In this document: positions 38,570 to 51,349 of the stretch, one piece after another | Layout: every line of letters starts with the position of its first letter | How positions within the stretch are numbered: the stretch's first letter is position 1 | Origin: Pedosphaera sp. | Lineage (GTDB): Bacteria; Verrucomicrobiota; Verrucomicrobiia; Limisphaerales; DSYF01 | Direction of reading: 5' to 3' | Length of the DNA: 57,570 bases | Assembly (NCBI GenBank): GCA_017853715.1 | Contig: JAFMIZ010000006.1 | Location: 1-57,570, forward strand | Program-made: the position numbers and the translations under genes | Notes under the pieces: generated by a model | What the model was told of the DNA's origin: nothing | The model's database searches: none | Seen by the model: only the letters and a program-made list of their open reading frames with translations

Positions 38570-38600
38570 GTGAGGCTCCGGCCCAAATCAAAGGAACAAA

Positions 38601-39617
38601 ATGATCATCGTATTGAAACCCAAAACTCCACCTGCGCAGGAGAAGCGGGTGTTGGCTGAGATCCGCCGGCTGGGCTATACACCGCACGTCATGCGCGGCG
38701 TGGCGCGCGTGGTAATTGGGGCCATCGGCGACGAGCGCACCCACAAGTCCCTCGAAGTGTTGATGACCTGGCCGCAGGTCGAGAGCGTGATGCCAGTGCA
38801 GAAGCGCTTCAAACTGGTCAGTCGCGAAGCGCACCCGCAAAGTTCCACCATCAAGGTGGGCAAGAATGTCGTCATCGGCGGTGGTAACTTCCACGTCATG
38901 GCCGGTCCGTGCTCGGTTGAGGATGAAAAGCAACTGATGACCACTGCCGTAGCGGTGAAGAAGGCTGGCGCCACCATCCTGCGCGGCGGAGCATTCAAGC
39001 CACGCACGTCGCCCTACGAATTCCAAGGCCTGGGCGAAAAGGGATTGAAGCTGCTGGCCAATGCGCGCAAGGAAACGGGCTTGCCGGTCATCACCGAGCT
39101 GCTCTCGGAACAACAAGCCGAGATGGTGGCTGAATACGCAGACATCCTGCAGATCGGCACCCGCAACGCACAAAACTTCCAACTGCTCATCGCGGCCGCA
39201 AAAACGGGGCGGCCCGTCCTGCTCAAACGTGGCATGTGCATGCGTATCGAGGAATGGCTGCTGGCGGGTGAATACATCCTCGCCAACGAAAACCCCAACC
39301 TGATGTTCTGCGAGCGCGGCATTCGCACGTTCGAGACTTACACCCGTAACACGCTCGACCTCTCGACCATCCCAGTCATCAAGCGCGAGTCGCACTCACC
39401 TATTGTGATCGATCCCAGCCAGGGTGCGGGACGTGCAGACTTGGTGGCGGCGATGTGCAAAGGTGCCGTAGCCATGGGCGCTGATGCCTTGCTGATTGAA
39501 GTGCATCCGAATCCAACGACAGCTTGGAGTGATGCCGCGCAGCAATTGTCATTCGACGGGTTTGCCAAGCTGATGAGGGAACTCAAGCCGTTCATTGCTG
39601 CCGCCGGGATGAAGTGA
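38601..39617 (+). CDS. aroF: 3-deoxy-7-phosphoheptulonate (DAHP) synthase, type I-beta with N-terminal regulatory domain
   Basis: MAGPCSVE, RGGAFKPRTSPY.FQG, QIGTRN.QN, LKRG, CERGIRTFE, IEVHP. Confidence 0.95.
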   Translation: MIIVLKPKTPPAQEKRVLAEIRRLGYTPHVMRGVARVVIGAIGDERTHKSLEVLMTWPQVESVMPVQKRFKLVSREAHPQSSTIKVGKNVVIGGGNFHVMAGPCSVEDEKQLMTTAVAVKKAGATILRGGAFKPRTSPYEFQGLGEKGLKLLANARKETGLPVITELLSEQQAEMVAEYADILQIGTRNAQNFQLLIAAAKTGRPVLLKRGMCMRIEEWLLAGEYILANENPNLMFCERGIRTFETYTRNTLDLSTIPVIKRESHSPIVIDPSQGAGRADLVAAMCKGAVAMGADALLIEVHPNPTTAWSDAAQQLSFDGFAKLMRELKPFIAAAGMK

Positions 39618-39630
39618 CGCGAAGTGATCG

Positions 39631-43596
<3,966 letters not shown>

Positions 43597-43663
43597 TGGC
43601 GGGGGTTTCGCGGCTCCTCTGGTAACAATAATCACTCTCACTGGCAAGCCGCCTCTGGGATGC

Positions 43664-43698
43664 AAAAAGCCGGGGACGACACCAATCGCCCCCGGCTT
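43664..43698 (-). terminator. Rho-independent terminator of the DUF481 gene
   Basis: AAGCCGGGG...CCCCGGCTT stem followed by a T tract on the minus strand. Confidence 0.75.
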
Positions 43699-43714
43699 GG
43701 GTGAAAGTTTTGTC

Positions 43715-44455
43715 TTAGGAGAACTTGTAAGCCAGCTGCATCAGGAACTTGACGTCATTGTGCTTAAGTCCCGGTGCAGGAGTGGTATCGTAAGTGTCCT
43801 GGATGATAGCCCGCAGGCTCATCTTCTTGGTCAGGCTGGCATCCACACCCACTTCGCCATTGATGATACCGTCCTCGAAATCTTCGACTGACGGGAGCCA
43901 TTCGACGAACTGCCAGAGCTTCACGCGCTCATTGATCCGGGTCTCATAACGTTCAGCGACACGGAGGGTGACGTATTCATCATCCACACCGCCGACGCGT
44001 TCCCACACAAAACCGGGACCGGCTTCAAAGCGGAGGAAGGTGTTGGTCGTCTTGATGAAGTAATAACCGACGCCAGGGCTGAGCGTCCCGCGGTAGGAAA
44101 CGTCTGAGACGTCATCATGAAGACCGTCCAAACGCAGCAAGCCGTAAAAGCGCTCACTAAAAAGGCGGTTGTATTGCCCGAAGGCATGAGCGTTGGCGGT
44201 GTTGCGGGTTCCGTCGGATTCGCCGTAAGCACCGTCGGCTCCAAGATCGATCTCATTCATGTCCCACTTGCGAGAAGTGATGAGGTTGGCATTGAACAGG
44301 GTGTTTTCAGAGTTGCCGTCCGAGATGGATATGCCAAGCGCGCCGCTGGTGTTCCACTTGGGGCCTTCCGTGGTGGTCGGGGCGCTTTGCGCCAGGGCTG
44401 AGACAGCGCCCGCCAGCAACAGCGTCGCGCCTATGATCTGAGCATATGTTTTCAT
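43715..44455 (-). CDS. DUF481 / YdiY-like outer membrane beta-barrel
   Basis: Signal peptide, GNSEN, G.GY motif, YDTTPAPG...D, C-terminal AYKF. Confidence 0.85.
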   Translation of the reverse strand: MKTYAQIIGATLLLAGAVSALAQSAPTTTEGPKWNTSGALGISISDGNSENTLFNANLITSRKWDMNEIDLGADGAYGESDGTRNTANAHAFGQYNRLFSERFYGLLRLDGLHDDVSDVSYRGTLSPGVGYYFIKTTNTFLRFEAGPGFVWERVGGVDDEYVTLRVAERYETRINERVKLWQFVEWLPSVEDFEDGIINGEVGVDASLTKKMSLRAIIQDTYDTTPAPGLKHNDVKFLMQLAYKFS

Positions 44456-44507
44456 GGTTGTTGTTTTGACTTCAGCTCACCCACGCACTTTGAAGGTGGC
44501 AATTGAA

Positions 44508-44996
44508 CTATTTGAAAAGGTTGTTGATGGCGCTCGCCGCATTAGTGCCGGACAAAGCGGTCATCGCCTTTTGAATTTGGGCCTTCAAATCGGCCACGAG
44601 CTTTTCCTGCTCAGGGGTGAGCTTCATATTGGAAAGCTGGTTCAGCAGGTTGGTCGCATCAGAATACTTCGTCTCACTAATTAGCTTCTTGGCTTGGGCA
44701 ATCAACTCGTTGGCCTTGATGGTGGTGTTGGCAACTGCTGTGCTGGCTGCTTCCTTCACTTCCTTGGCGGCCGCTTCGACCGCAGGCCTGGCAGCCTCGA
44801 CAGCTTTGTTGACTTCTTCAACCACGGGCTTGGCGGCTTCCTTGACGGATTGAGCAACCTTCTCGGTCGTGGTCTTTGATTCCGTGGTTGTGGCCGAACC
44901 GCCAGATTCTGGTGGAGTGGACTCTGTTGATTTGCCGCAGCCAGTCAGGTAGGCGAAGACCAGCAGGGCACTAACCGCAGTAAGGATCTGTTTCAT
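44508..44996 (-). CDS. Hypothetical lipoprotein, Ala/Lys/Glu-rich helical
   Basis: Lipobox LTGC after a hydrophobic stretch. Confidence 0.78.
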   Translation of the reverse strand: MKQILTAVSALLVFAYLTGCGKSTESTPPESGGSATTTESKTTTEKVAQSVKEAAKPVVEEVNKAVEAARPAVEAAAKEVKEAASTAVANTTIKANELIAQAKKLISETKYSDATNLLNQLSNMKLTPEQEKLVADLKAQIQKAMTALSGTNAASAINNLFK

Positions 44997-45173
44997 GTTT
45001 TGGTTTTTGAGCAGGGAAATATTCCCAAAATGTTTGCAACCGATTTAGCAACCCGACCTCGGGACGCACCTGCATCTAGCAGGCACTGGTTTTACAGGCC
45101 GACTTGCCTGGGTCATACTAACCCTACTTTTGGCAAAATCAAACGGCGTCCGAGAGAATATCAACCTCCCCAC

Positions 45174-45665
45174 TCAGGCGGAAGTTTCGTCAAGAAAGGT
45201 GATTTTTCCGCCGGAAGCCGCCAGGTTTGAAATACTGTCCAGCAGAGTCGGCGCGCTCTTGGGCGCACTCACTGGCGCCGGTGCAGTCTGGGGTGCCAAC
45301 GCTGACCGCAACGCACCCTCCACGAGTTGAGCGCAGTGAATCTTCATCGGCGGCAACGGCCCTAATTCACCCGCCAGTTCCTCCGTCTTGAGCGCCAGTG
45401 CTTCCTCCGCCGTTTTACCGCGAATCAACTCGGTGGCAAGACTGGCCACTGCAATCGCCGTCTCACAACCAAACGACTGAAAGCTGGCCTTGTCGATGAT
45501 TTTGCGTCCGCCGTCCTCGCGGAATTTCACCCACATACGCAGCATCTCGCCACAATCCGAGTTGCCGACGGTGCCCACCGAATCGGCGTCGGCCATCTCA
45601 CCCAAGTTCTTTGGGTCAGCCATGGCCTGTTGGATGCGTTTTTGTAAATCGTCGTTCATAGCCAT
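45174..45665 (-). CDS. IscU/NifU-N-like Fe-S scaffold protein
   Basis: PKNLG, GN.DCGE, FQSFGC, LPPMKIHC. Confidence 0.87.
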   Translation of the reverse strand: MAMNDDLQKRIQQAMADPKNLGEMADADSVGTVGNSDCGEMLRMWVKFREDGGRKIIDKASFQSFGCETAIAVASLATELIRGKTAEEALALKTEELAGELGPLPPMKIHCAQLVEGALRSALAPQTAPAPVSAPKSAPTLLDSISNLAASGGKITFLDETSA

Positions 45666-45741
45666 AAAAGTAGTTTGCCAAAAAAAGTAACAGATGGCGC
45701 AAAAAGGGGGGGCTTTTCGTGCCGCTTATGCCTTTTTGTCG

Positions 45742-46284
45742 CTAGCCAAGTTTATATCTCCTCACCGTGGCGTCGACTTCCTGCGACCAGGCATCAATGC
45801 CACCGCGCAGGCAGCGCACGTTCTGCAAGCCGTGCCCCATGAAATACGCCGCCGCATCAAGACCATGCTTGCCCTTATGGTCCACAACGACGAGCGGACG
45901 CGTGTTGGCACCTTCCGCCATGATTTGCTGCATCACTGGCTGAGAAAGCAGCACCGAGCCTTCAATGCGAACCGCCTCAAATTCCTCGCGCGAGCGCACG
46001 TCCACCAGGCGAACGCTGGCATCACTTTGACGCCACTGGGCGAGCTCTTTGGCTCCGATCAAAATCTTCTCATCCTGCTCGTGGCTCGATTGGATGTGCG
46101 CGAGCACCTCGGCCACGTTCAAGTTGCCGTTCCGCCCACACACGCCCGCCAGCGTCTCCGTCGGTTGAAATCCACAGCTCGCACAACCCCCGATGTGGTA
46201 TTTGCGAAACAACGCCCGCTGCGCTCCGGGATACGCGGCGAGAACCTCGCTCATCAGTGATTGGCCTGTGATGGTCACGCTCAT
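45742..46284 (-). CDS. CxxC small domain fused to a rhodanese-like domain lacking the catalytic Cys
   Basis: YHIGGCASCGF; LVDVRSREE; loop VVVDHKGKHG; LRGGIDAWS; overlaps the sufS stop. Confidence 0.82.
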   Translation of the reverse strand: MSVTITGQSLMSEVLAAYPGAQRALFRKYHIGGCASCGFQPTETLAGVCGRNGNLNVAEVLAHIQSSHEQDEKILIGAKELAQWRQSDASVRLVDVRSREEFEAVRIEGSVLLSQPVMQQIMAEGANTRPLVVVDHKGKHGLDAAAYFMGHGLQNVRCLRGGIDAWSQEVDATVRRYKLG

Positions 46285-47519
46285 GACCCAAAGAACTTCT
46301 GGATCTCCTTCAAGACGTCAAACAGGCGATCGATTTCGGCTGTGGTGTTGTAGAAGTAGAAACTTGCGCGACTGGTGGATTCGACGCCCAGCTTGCGCAT
46401 CAGCGGTTGCGTGCAGTGGTGACCACCTCGCAAAGCGATGCCTTTCTGATTGGCCAGTTCAGTCACATCATGCGCGTGGATGTCGTTCAACAGGAAGCTC
46501 ACCAGCCCGGCGCGGCCTACGTGCGGACCAAAGATGCGAATCTTGTCCAAGCCCATCAATTTTTCGTAGGCGTAAGCACCCAACTGCTGGTCATGCTCGG
46601 AAATCATATCCCGACCAATGGCATCCAAGTAGTCCATCGCAGCGTGCAGTCCGATGGGGCCGGAAATGTCGGGCGTGCCCGCTTCGAACCGATGGGGCGG
46701 CACTTTGTAGGTGCTCTTGTGGTAATCGGCCGTGAGAATCATTTCCCCCCCGCCATGATAGGGCGGCATCTGCTCCAGCAGTTCCATGCGTCCGTAAAGG
46801 AAACCAATCCCCGTCGGTCCGCACATCTTGTGGCCAGACACCGCGAGAAAATCGCAACCGATCTCCTGCACATCGAGCGGACGATGGCCCGCACTCTGAG
46901 CAGCGTCCACGAAGGTAGTGATGCCCTTGCGACGGGCACGTTCGCAAAGCTCGACCACCGGGTTGATGGTGCCCAGCGCATTGGAGATGTGAACGAACGA
47001 GAGCAATTTCACACGGTCGGTCAGAAACTCATCCAAGCGAGCCAGATCGAGCAGCCCGATATCACCGATGATGGGCAGGAAGGCGAGCTTGGCACCGGTG
47101 CGTTGCGCCAGCAACTGCCATGGAACGATGTTGCTGTGGTGCTCCATCTCAGTGAGGAGAATGACGTCGCCCGCTTTGATGAACTTGGTGCCCCATGCGG
47201 TGGCGACAAGGTTGATGGCTTCGGTAGTGCCACGCGTCCAGATGATCTCGTCGGACTGGCGGGCATTGATGAATTTCGCCGCACGCTCGCGGGCCGCTTC
47301 AAAAGCCTTCGTCGCGCGATTGCTCAGTTCGTGGAGCCCGCGATGCACATTGGCGTTGTCTCGTTCATAGTAGTTGACCAGCGCCTGCACTACCTGGCGT
47401 GGCTTTTGTGACGTGGCCGCGTTGTCGAAATATACCAATGGCTGTCCGTGGACTTGTTGATTCAGGATGGGGAAATCCTTCCGCAATGCCGACCAATCAA
47501 CTTTCTGTGAATCGTTCAT
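46281..47519 (-). CDS. sufS: Cysteine desulfurase SufS
   Basis: YFDNAATSQKP, NANVHRG, EHHSNIVPW, SGHKMCGPTG, RGGHHCTQPL. Confidence 0.96.
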   Translation of the reverse strand: MNDSQKVDWSALRKDFPILNQQVHGQPLVYFDNAATSQKPRQVVQALVNYYERDNANVHRGLHELSNRATKAFEAARERAAKFINARQSDEIIWTRGTTEAINLVATAWGTKFIKAGDVILLTEMEHHSNIVPWQLLAQRTGAKLAFLPIIGDIGLLDLARLDEFLTDRVKLLSFVHISNALGTINPVVELCERARRKGITTFVDAAQSAGHRPLDVQEIGCDFLAVSGHKMCGPTGIGFLYGRMELLEQMPPYHGGGEMILTADYHKSTYKVPPHRFEAGTPDISGPIGLHAAMDYLDAIGRDMISEHDQQLGAYAYEKLMGLDKIRIFGPHVGRAGLVSFLLNDIHAHDVTELANQKGIALRGGHHCTQPLMRKLGVESTSRASFYFYNTTAEIDRLFDVLKEIQKFFGS

Positions 47520-47530
47520 TGAAATTGAGC

Positions 47531-47586
47531 CGCGGAGATGCGGAAGCGCAGGGAGGGATTCAAGTCCGCGTCTGTGCGCCTCCGCG
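47531..47586. repeat. REP-like imperfect inverted repeat (family E) between sufT and sufS
   Basis: CGCGGAGATGCGG... / ...GTGCGCCTCCGCG arms. Confidence 0.55.
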
Positions 47587-47591
47587 ATAAA

Positions 47592-48140
47592 TCACATCAA
47601 CCCCAGTTGCAGCTTCGCCGCTTCGGTGAGCATGCCTTGGTTCCACGGCGGATCCCAGACCAGTTCTACTTGCACGTCTTGCACCGGATCAATGCAGAGC
47701 AGTTTGTTCTGCACGTCCTGCTGCAGGACCGGGCCCATGCCACAGCCGGGCGCAGTCAAAGTCATCTTCACGGCAACCTTGTATTCATTTGTGCCCATTG
47801 GCTCGATGTGGCAGTCATAGATCAATCCGAGGTCTACGATGTTGACGGGGATTTCCGGATCGTAGCAGGTCTTGAGTTGAGCCCAGATCTCCTTCTCCAC
47901 TTCTTCTTGGGACATGGGGCCAACCGGAGCGGTGGTCTTGGCGGCGACCTCGTACCCCAAGGCGTCAGCATCCTGACCGCCGATGCGGAACATGTTGCCA
48001 TTGACGATGACGGTGTAACTGCCGCCGAGCGATTGCGTGACGTGTGCTTGTTCACCCTTGAGCAACGTGACCTTTGTGCCTGCGGGAACAATCGAGGCTT
48101 CCACATCGCGCGTCAGTGTGACTGGTTCGTTTGCATTCAT
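47592..48140 (-). CDS. sufT: Fe-S cluster assembly protein SufT (DUF59)
   Basis: TQSLGGSYTV N-domain, CYDPEIPVNIVDLGLIY, MTLTAPGCGMG, WDPPW. Confidence 0.92.
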   Translation of the reverse strand: MNANEPVTLTRDVEASIVPAGTKVTLLKGEQAHVTQSLGGSYTVIVNGNMFRIGGQDADALGYEVAAKTTAPVGPMSQEEVEKEIWAQLKTCYDPEIPVNIVDLGLIYDCHIEPMGTNEYKVAVKMTLTAPGCGMGPVLQQDVQNKLLCIDPVQDVQVELVWDPPWNQGMLTEAAKLQLGLM

Positions 48141-48160
48141 GACTTGAGATTCCAAATTCT

Positions 48161-48616
48161 TTAATTGTGTTCGTTCTCGGTCGAAACCGGCTGACCCTCG
48201 CCTTTCAAGGCCGCCATCAATGCGTGCCAGGAGAGGATTGCGCATTTCACGCGCGCAGGAAACTTATGCACTCCGGCAAATACCGCCAGCTTGCCGACGT
48301 CGCCCTCGGCCTTGCCTTTCGTGACGAGTTCGCGCACCAGTTCAAACATGGCGCCAGCCTCGTTGCGCGTCTTGCCCTTCACCGCATCGGTCAGCAAAGA
48401 GGCTGAAGCCTTCGAGATGCAGCAACCGGAACCTACAAAGGCGGCTTCCGTAATCTTGTCGCCGTCCAAGTTAAGAAACAGCTTCAACTGATCGCCACAC
48501 AACGGGTTCCGGCCCTGCGCGGAACAGGTGCACGGCGTCAACTCACGGAAATTCCGCGGGTGCTTGCAGTGGTCCAGAATGACCTGCTGATATAAGTCGG
48601 CGACGTCGTCGAACAT
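48161..48616 (-). CDS. sufU: SUF system NifU-family protein SufU
   Basis: LYQQVILDH...P.N, NPLCGD, GCCISKASAS, FPARVKCA. Confidence 0.92.
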   Translation of the reverse strand: MFDDVADLYQQVILDHCKHPRNFRELTPCTCSAQGRNPLCGDQLKLFLNLDGDKITEAAFVGSGCCISKASASLLTDAVKGKTRNEAGAMFELVRELVTKGKAEGDVGKLAVFAGVHKFPARVKCAILSWHALMAALKGEGQPVSTENEHN

Positions 48617-48734
48617 GGGCTCAATCTACCAAAGAATCCGGGAAATACACCAAACAAAGTGGGCCTGACATATTCCGTGTTCTGTAATGCGTAAAACAGC
48701 CGGGAGGGGAAGCCCCTCCGGAACACCCGCCCCG

Positions 48735-50063
48735 TCAATGAGTCGCGACCAGCGGGTTCGCCTCCAGCCGGTCCCACACCACCTTGTCCAGCTCCTCGCG
48801 GGCGCCCTCATGCTTGATGCGCTCGATGATTTCACCAGCGAACGCATGAATGAGCATCCGGCGGGCAGTATCCGTGCCGATACCACGGGCGCGCAGGTAA
48901 AAAATGGATTCGTCATCGAGCTGTCCAATCGTTGCGCCGTGCGTGCACTTCACGTCGTCGGCATAGATCTCCAACTGCGGCTTGGTATCTGCGGTGGCGT
49001 CATCGCTGAGGAGCAGGTTCTTGTTGGTCTGCTTCGCGTCCGTCTTTTGCGCGATGGGATGCACGTAGATGCGACCATGAAAAACACCCTTCGATTTGTC
49101 ATCGAGGATACCGTTGAAATACTCGTGGCTGGCGCAGTTCGGTTGGGCGTGCTCCACAATCATATGGTGGTCGGCCAACTGGTCGCCTTTGGTCACGTAA
49201 AGTCCGTTGAGAATCGCCTCCAAACCTTCGCCCGCGAGGTTGGTGCGGAGGTTGTTGCGCGAGAGCTTTGCGCCCAGCGCGAACGAGTGCGAAGCGAAGT
49301 TGCTAGTGCGTCCCAGCTTTGCGTGCAACGCCGCGATGTGATAGGCCGCGAGACTTTCGTCCTGCACCTTGACGTGTTCAAACACGGCGTTGTCGGAGGC
49401 GACGATCTCCGTGACGACGTTGGTGAAGTAGGCCGCCTCAGTGGTGGCGACGTAGCTCTCCAGCACCGTCGCCTGTGAATTTGCCTCCGTGATGAACAGG
49501 TTGCGCGCCTGCACCGTGGCCCCGGATTCGTCCACCGTTGAGATGTAGAGCAGATGAACCGGTTGTTCGAGCACCTTACCCGCCGCAATGTAAACGAAGC
49601 CGCCATCGCGGAAGGTAGCGCTGTTGAGCGCCGCAAATCCATCGCCTTCACCTGTGGCCTGCTGCGCAAGGTACTTTTCGATCAACAGGGAGTTCTCGGT
49701 CATCGCGGCGGCCAGATTCTTGACGATCACGCCGGCAGGGAGCTGGCCGATAGTGGACAACGCAGTGGAGAAATGCCCGTTCACAAAGACCAATCGGTGG
49801 GCCGGGAGGGTTCCGAACAAAGCGGCGTTCACGGTTTCCGCCGTAGCTTTGCCACCGGTGGCTGGCTTGAAATTCAACTTGGTCAACGGGGCAACGTTGG
49901 TGAAACGCCAGTCCTCATGCTTGGTTGAGGGGAAGCCGAGAGCGGCAAAGTGCGCCGCACCCGCCTTGCGTACGGGTGAAAGCCACGCGGGTTGAGTGGC
50001 GGGTTCGGTTTGGGCGAGCTGCAGCAGCACCGCCGTGGTATCAAGGGTTTCCTGTTGTGCCAT
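48735..50063 (-). CDS. sufD: Fe-S cluster assembly protein SufD
   Basis: EDWRFT, LVFVNG, AQKTDAKQTNKNLLLS, KPQLEIYADDVKCTHGAT, FYLRARG; start may be 50063 or 50069. Confidence 0.95.
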   Translation of the reverse strand: MAQQETLDTTAVLLQLAQTEPATQPAWLSPVRKAGAAHFAALGFPSTKHEDWRFTNVAPLTKLNFKPATGGKATAETVNAALFGTLPAHRLVFVNGHFSTALSTIGQLPAGVIVKNLAAAMTENSLLIEKYLAQQATGEGDGFAALNSATFRDGGFVYIAAGKVLEQPVHLLYISTVDESGATVQARNLFITEANSQATVLESYVATTEAAYFTNVVTEIVASDNAVFEHVKVQDESLAAYHIAALHAKLGRTSNFASHSFALGAKLSRNNLRTNLAGEGLEAILNGLYVTKGDQLADHHMIVEHAQPNCASHEYFNGILDDKSKGVFHGRIYVHPIAQKTDAKQTNKNLLLSDDATADTKPQLEIYADDVKCTHGATIGQLDDESIFYLRARGIGTDTARRMLIHAFAGEIIERIKHEGAREELDKVVWDRLEANPLVATH

Positions 50064-50223
50064 TTTCAAAGTCTGGATTCACCGAAAAGTCCGACACTTT
50101 TCCATGAGACGGCCCCTGGCGCAAGCGCGCGGAGGGCCTCATTTTGACAGTCTGGACCGCTTAACCAAGCTTTTCCATCCATTTACGGCTTCACAGGTAG
50201 TTCATGCTGGCTACCTTTGACAC

Positions 50224-51216
50224 ATGAAGGCTGCCTACATCACCCGCACCGGCCCGCCTGAAGCCATCCAATACGGCGACCTGCCTGACCCCGTGCCTAA
50301 GGCGGGCGAATGCCTGATTCGCGTGAAAGCGGCGGATGTAAACCCCATCGACGTCTATTGGCGTGCCGGGATGGTGCCCGCGCCCATGACGTTCCCTTTC
50401 ATCCTGGGGCGCGACTTGGCAGGTGTAGTGACTGAATGTGGTGAGGGCGTGCGCCACTTCCAAGTCGGTGACCGGGTCTGGTGCTCCAATCTGGGGTTCC
50501 AAGGCCGCCAAGGCGGCTTCGCTGAATTGTGCGCCGTGCATGAGGACTGGTTGCATCCCATACCGGCGACTGTGAAAGAGGAAGACATCGTTGCCAGTTC
50601 CCTCACCGGCATCACTGCGCATCTGGGGTTGGTGGGCCGGGGCAAATTGCAATCCGGGGAAACGCTCTTCGTGAACGGCGGTTCCGGCGGTGTCGGTTCC
50701 TGCGTGGTGCAAATGGGCAAGCTGCTGGGCGCAAGGGTCATCACCACGGCAGGCAGTGACGCCAAAGCGGAGCTCTGCCGCCAGCTCGGCGCGGATCTGG
50801 CAATCAACTACCGCACGCAGGATGTGGACGCAGCCATCCGTGAATTCGCGCCCGACGGCGTCAACGTCTGGTGGGAGACACTGCGTGAACCCAATTTCGA
50901 ACGCACCGTTTCCCTGCTTGCGTTGCGCGGGCGGATGGTGGTGATGGCCGGTCGCGACGCCAAACCAGTTTTTCCTGTGGGTCCGTTCTACGTGAAAGAT
51001 TGCGCGCTCCACGGCTTCGCAATGTTCAACGCCACCGCCGAGGACCAACGTCCCGCTGGCGACGCCATCAATCGCTGGATGGCCGCTGGCCTGTTCAAGG
51101 CGCGGATTGACCGAGTGCTCCCGCTCTCCGAAGCAGCGCAGGCCCACCGCTTGCAGGAAGAAAGCACCATCGGCAAGACTGGCGCGATATCGGGTAAGAT
51201 TGTGCTAAAGCCCTGA
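50224..51216 (+). CDS. NADPH:quinone reductase (zeta-crystallin-like MDR)
   Basis: VNPID, FILGRDLAG.V, VNGGSGGVG, GKIVL. Confidence 0.9.
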   Translation: MKAAYITRTGPPEAIQYGDLPDPVPKAGECLIRVKAADVNPIDVYWRAGMVPAPMTFPFILGRDLAGVVTECGEGVRHFQVGDRVWCSNLGFQGRQGGFAELCAVHEDWLHPIPATVKEEDIVASSLTGITAHLGLVGRGKLQSGETLFVNGGSGGVGSCVVQMGKLLGARVITTAGSDAKAELCRQLGADLAINYRTQDVDAAIREFAPDGVNVWWETLREPNFERTVSLLALRGRMVVMAGRDAKPVFPVGPFYVKDCALHGFAMFNATAEDQRPAGDAINRWMAAGLFKARIDRVLPLSEAAQAHRLQEESTIGKTGAISGKIVLKP

Positions 51217-51349
51217 CTAGGTTGACGGGAAGCCCCTTGACCGGCGCAGCGAGCCCCTCAGCGCCCGGCCTCGGAGGGGTCCCGAAACCACTTTAACGAG
51301 CGTCGGACCGGTTAAGCCGGGACTAAGGATGGAGGTCGCGGAAGCACAA

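Noticed and set aside
38316-39395. 359-aa minus-strand ORF over aroF, and similar long antisense ORFs (e.g. 46407..47411, 50191..51147, 55464..56411, 13872..15185)
   Set aside because: Shadow or alternative-frame ORFs typical of high-GC codon bias, overlapping well-supported genes.
48626-48928. 100-aa ORF spanning the sufD-sufU gap
   Set aside because: Mostly overlaps sufD in another frame; no motif.
51279-51345. Resemblance to twister/pistol ribozyme or fluoride riboswitch fragments
   Set aside because: Only short word matches; the required pairings are not evident and the location is between convergent 3' ends.
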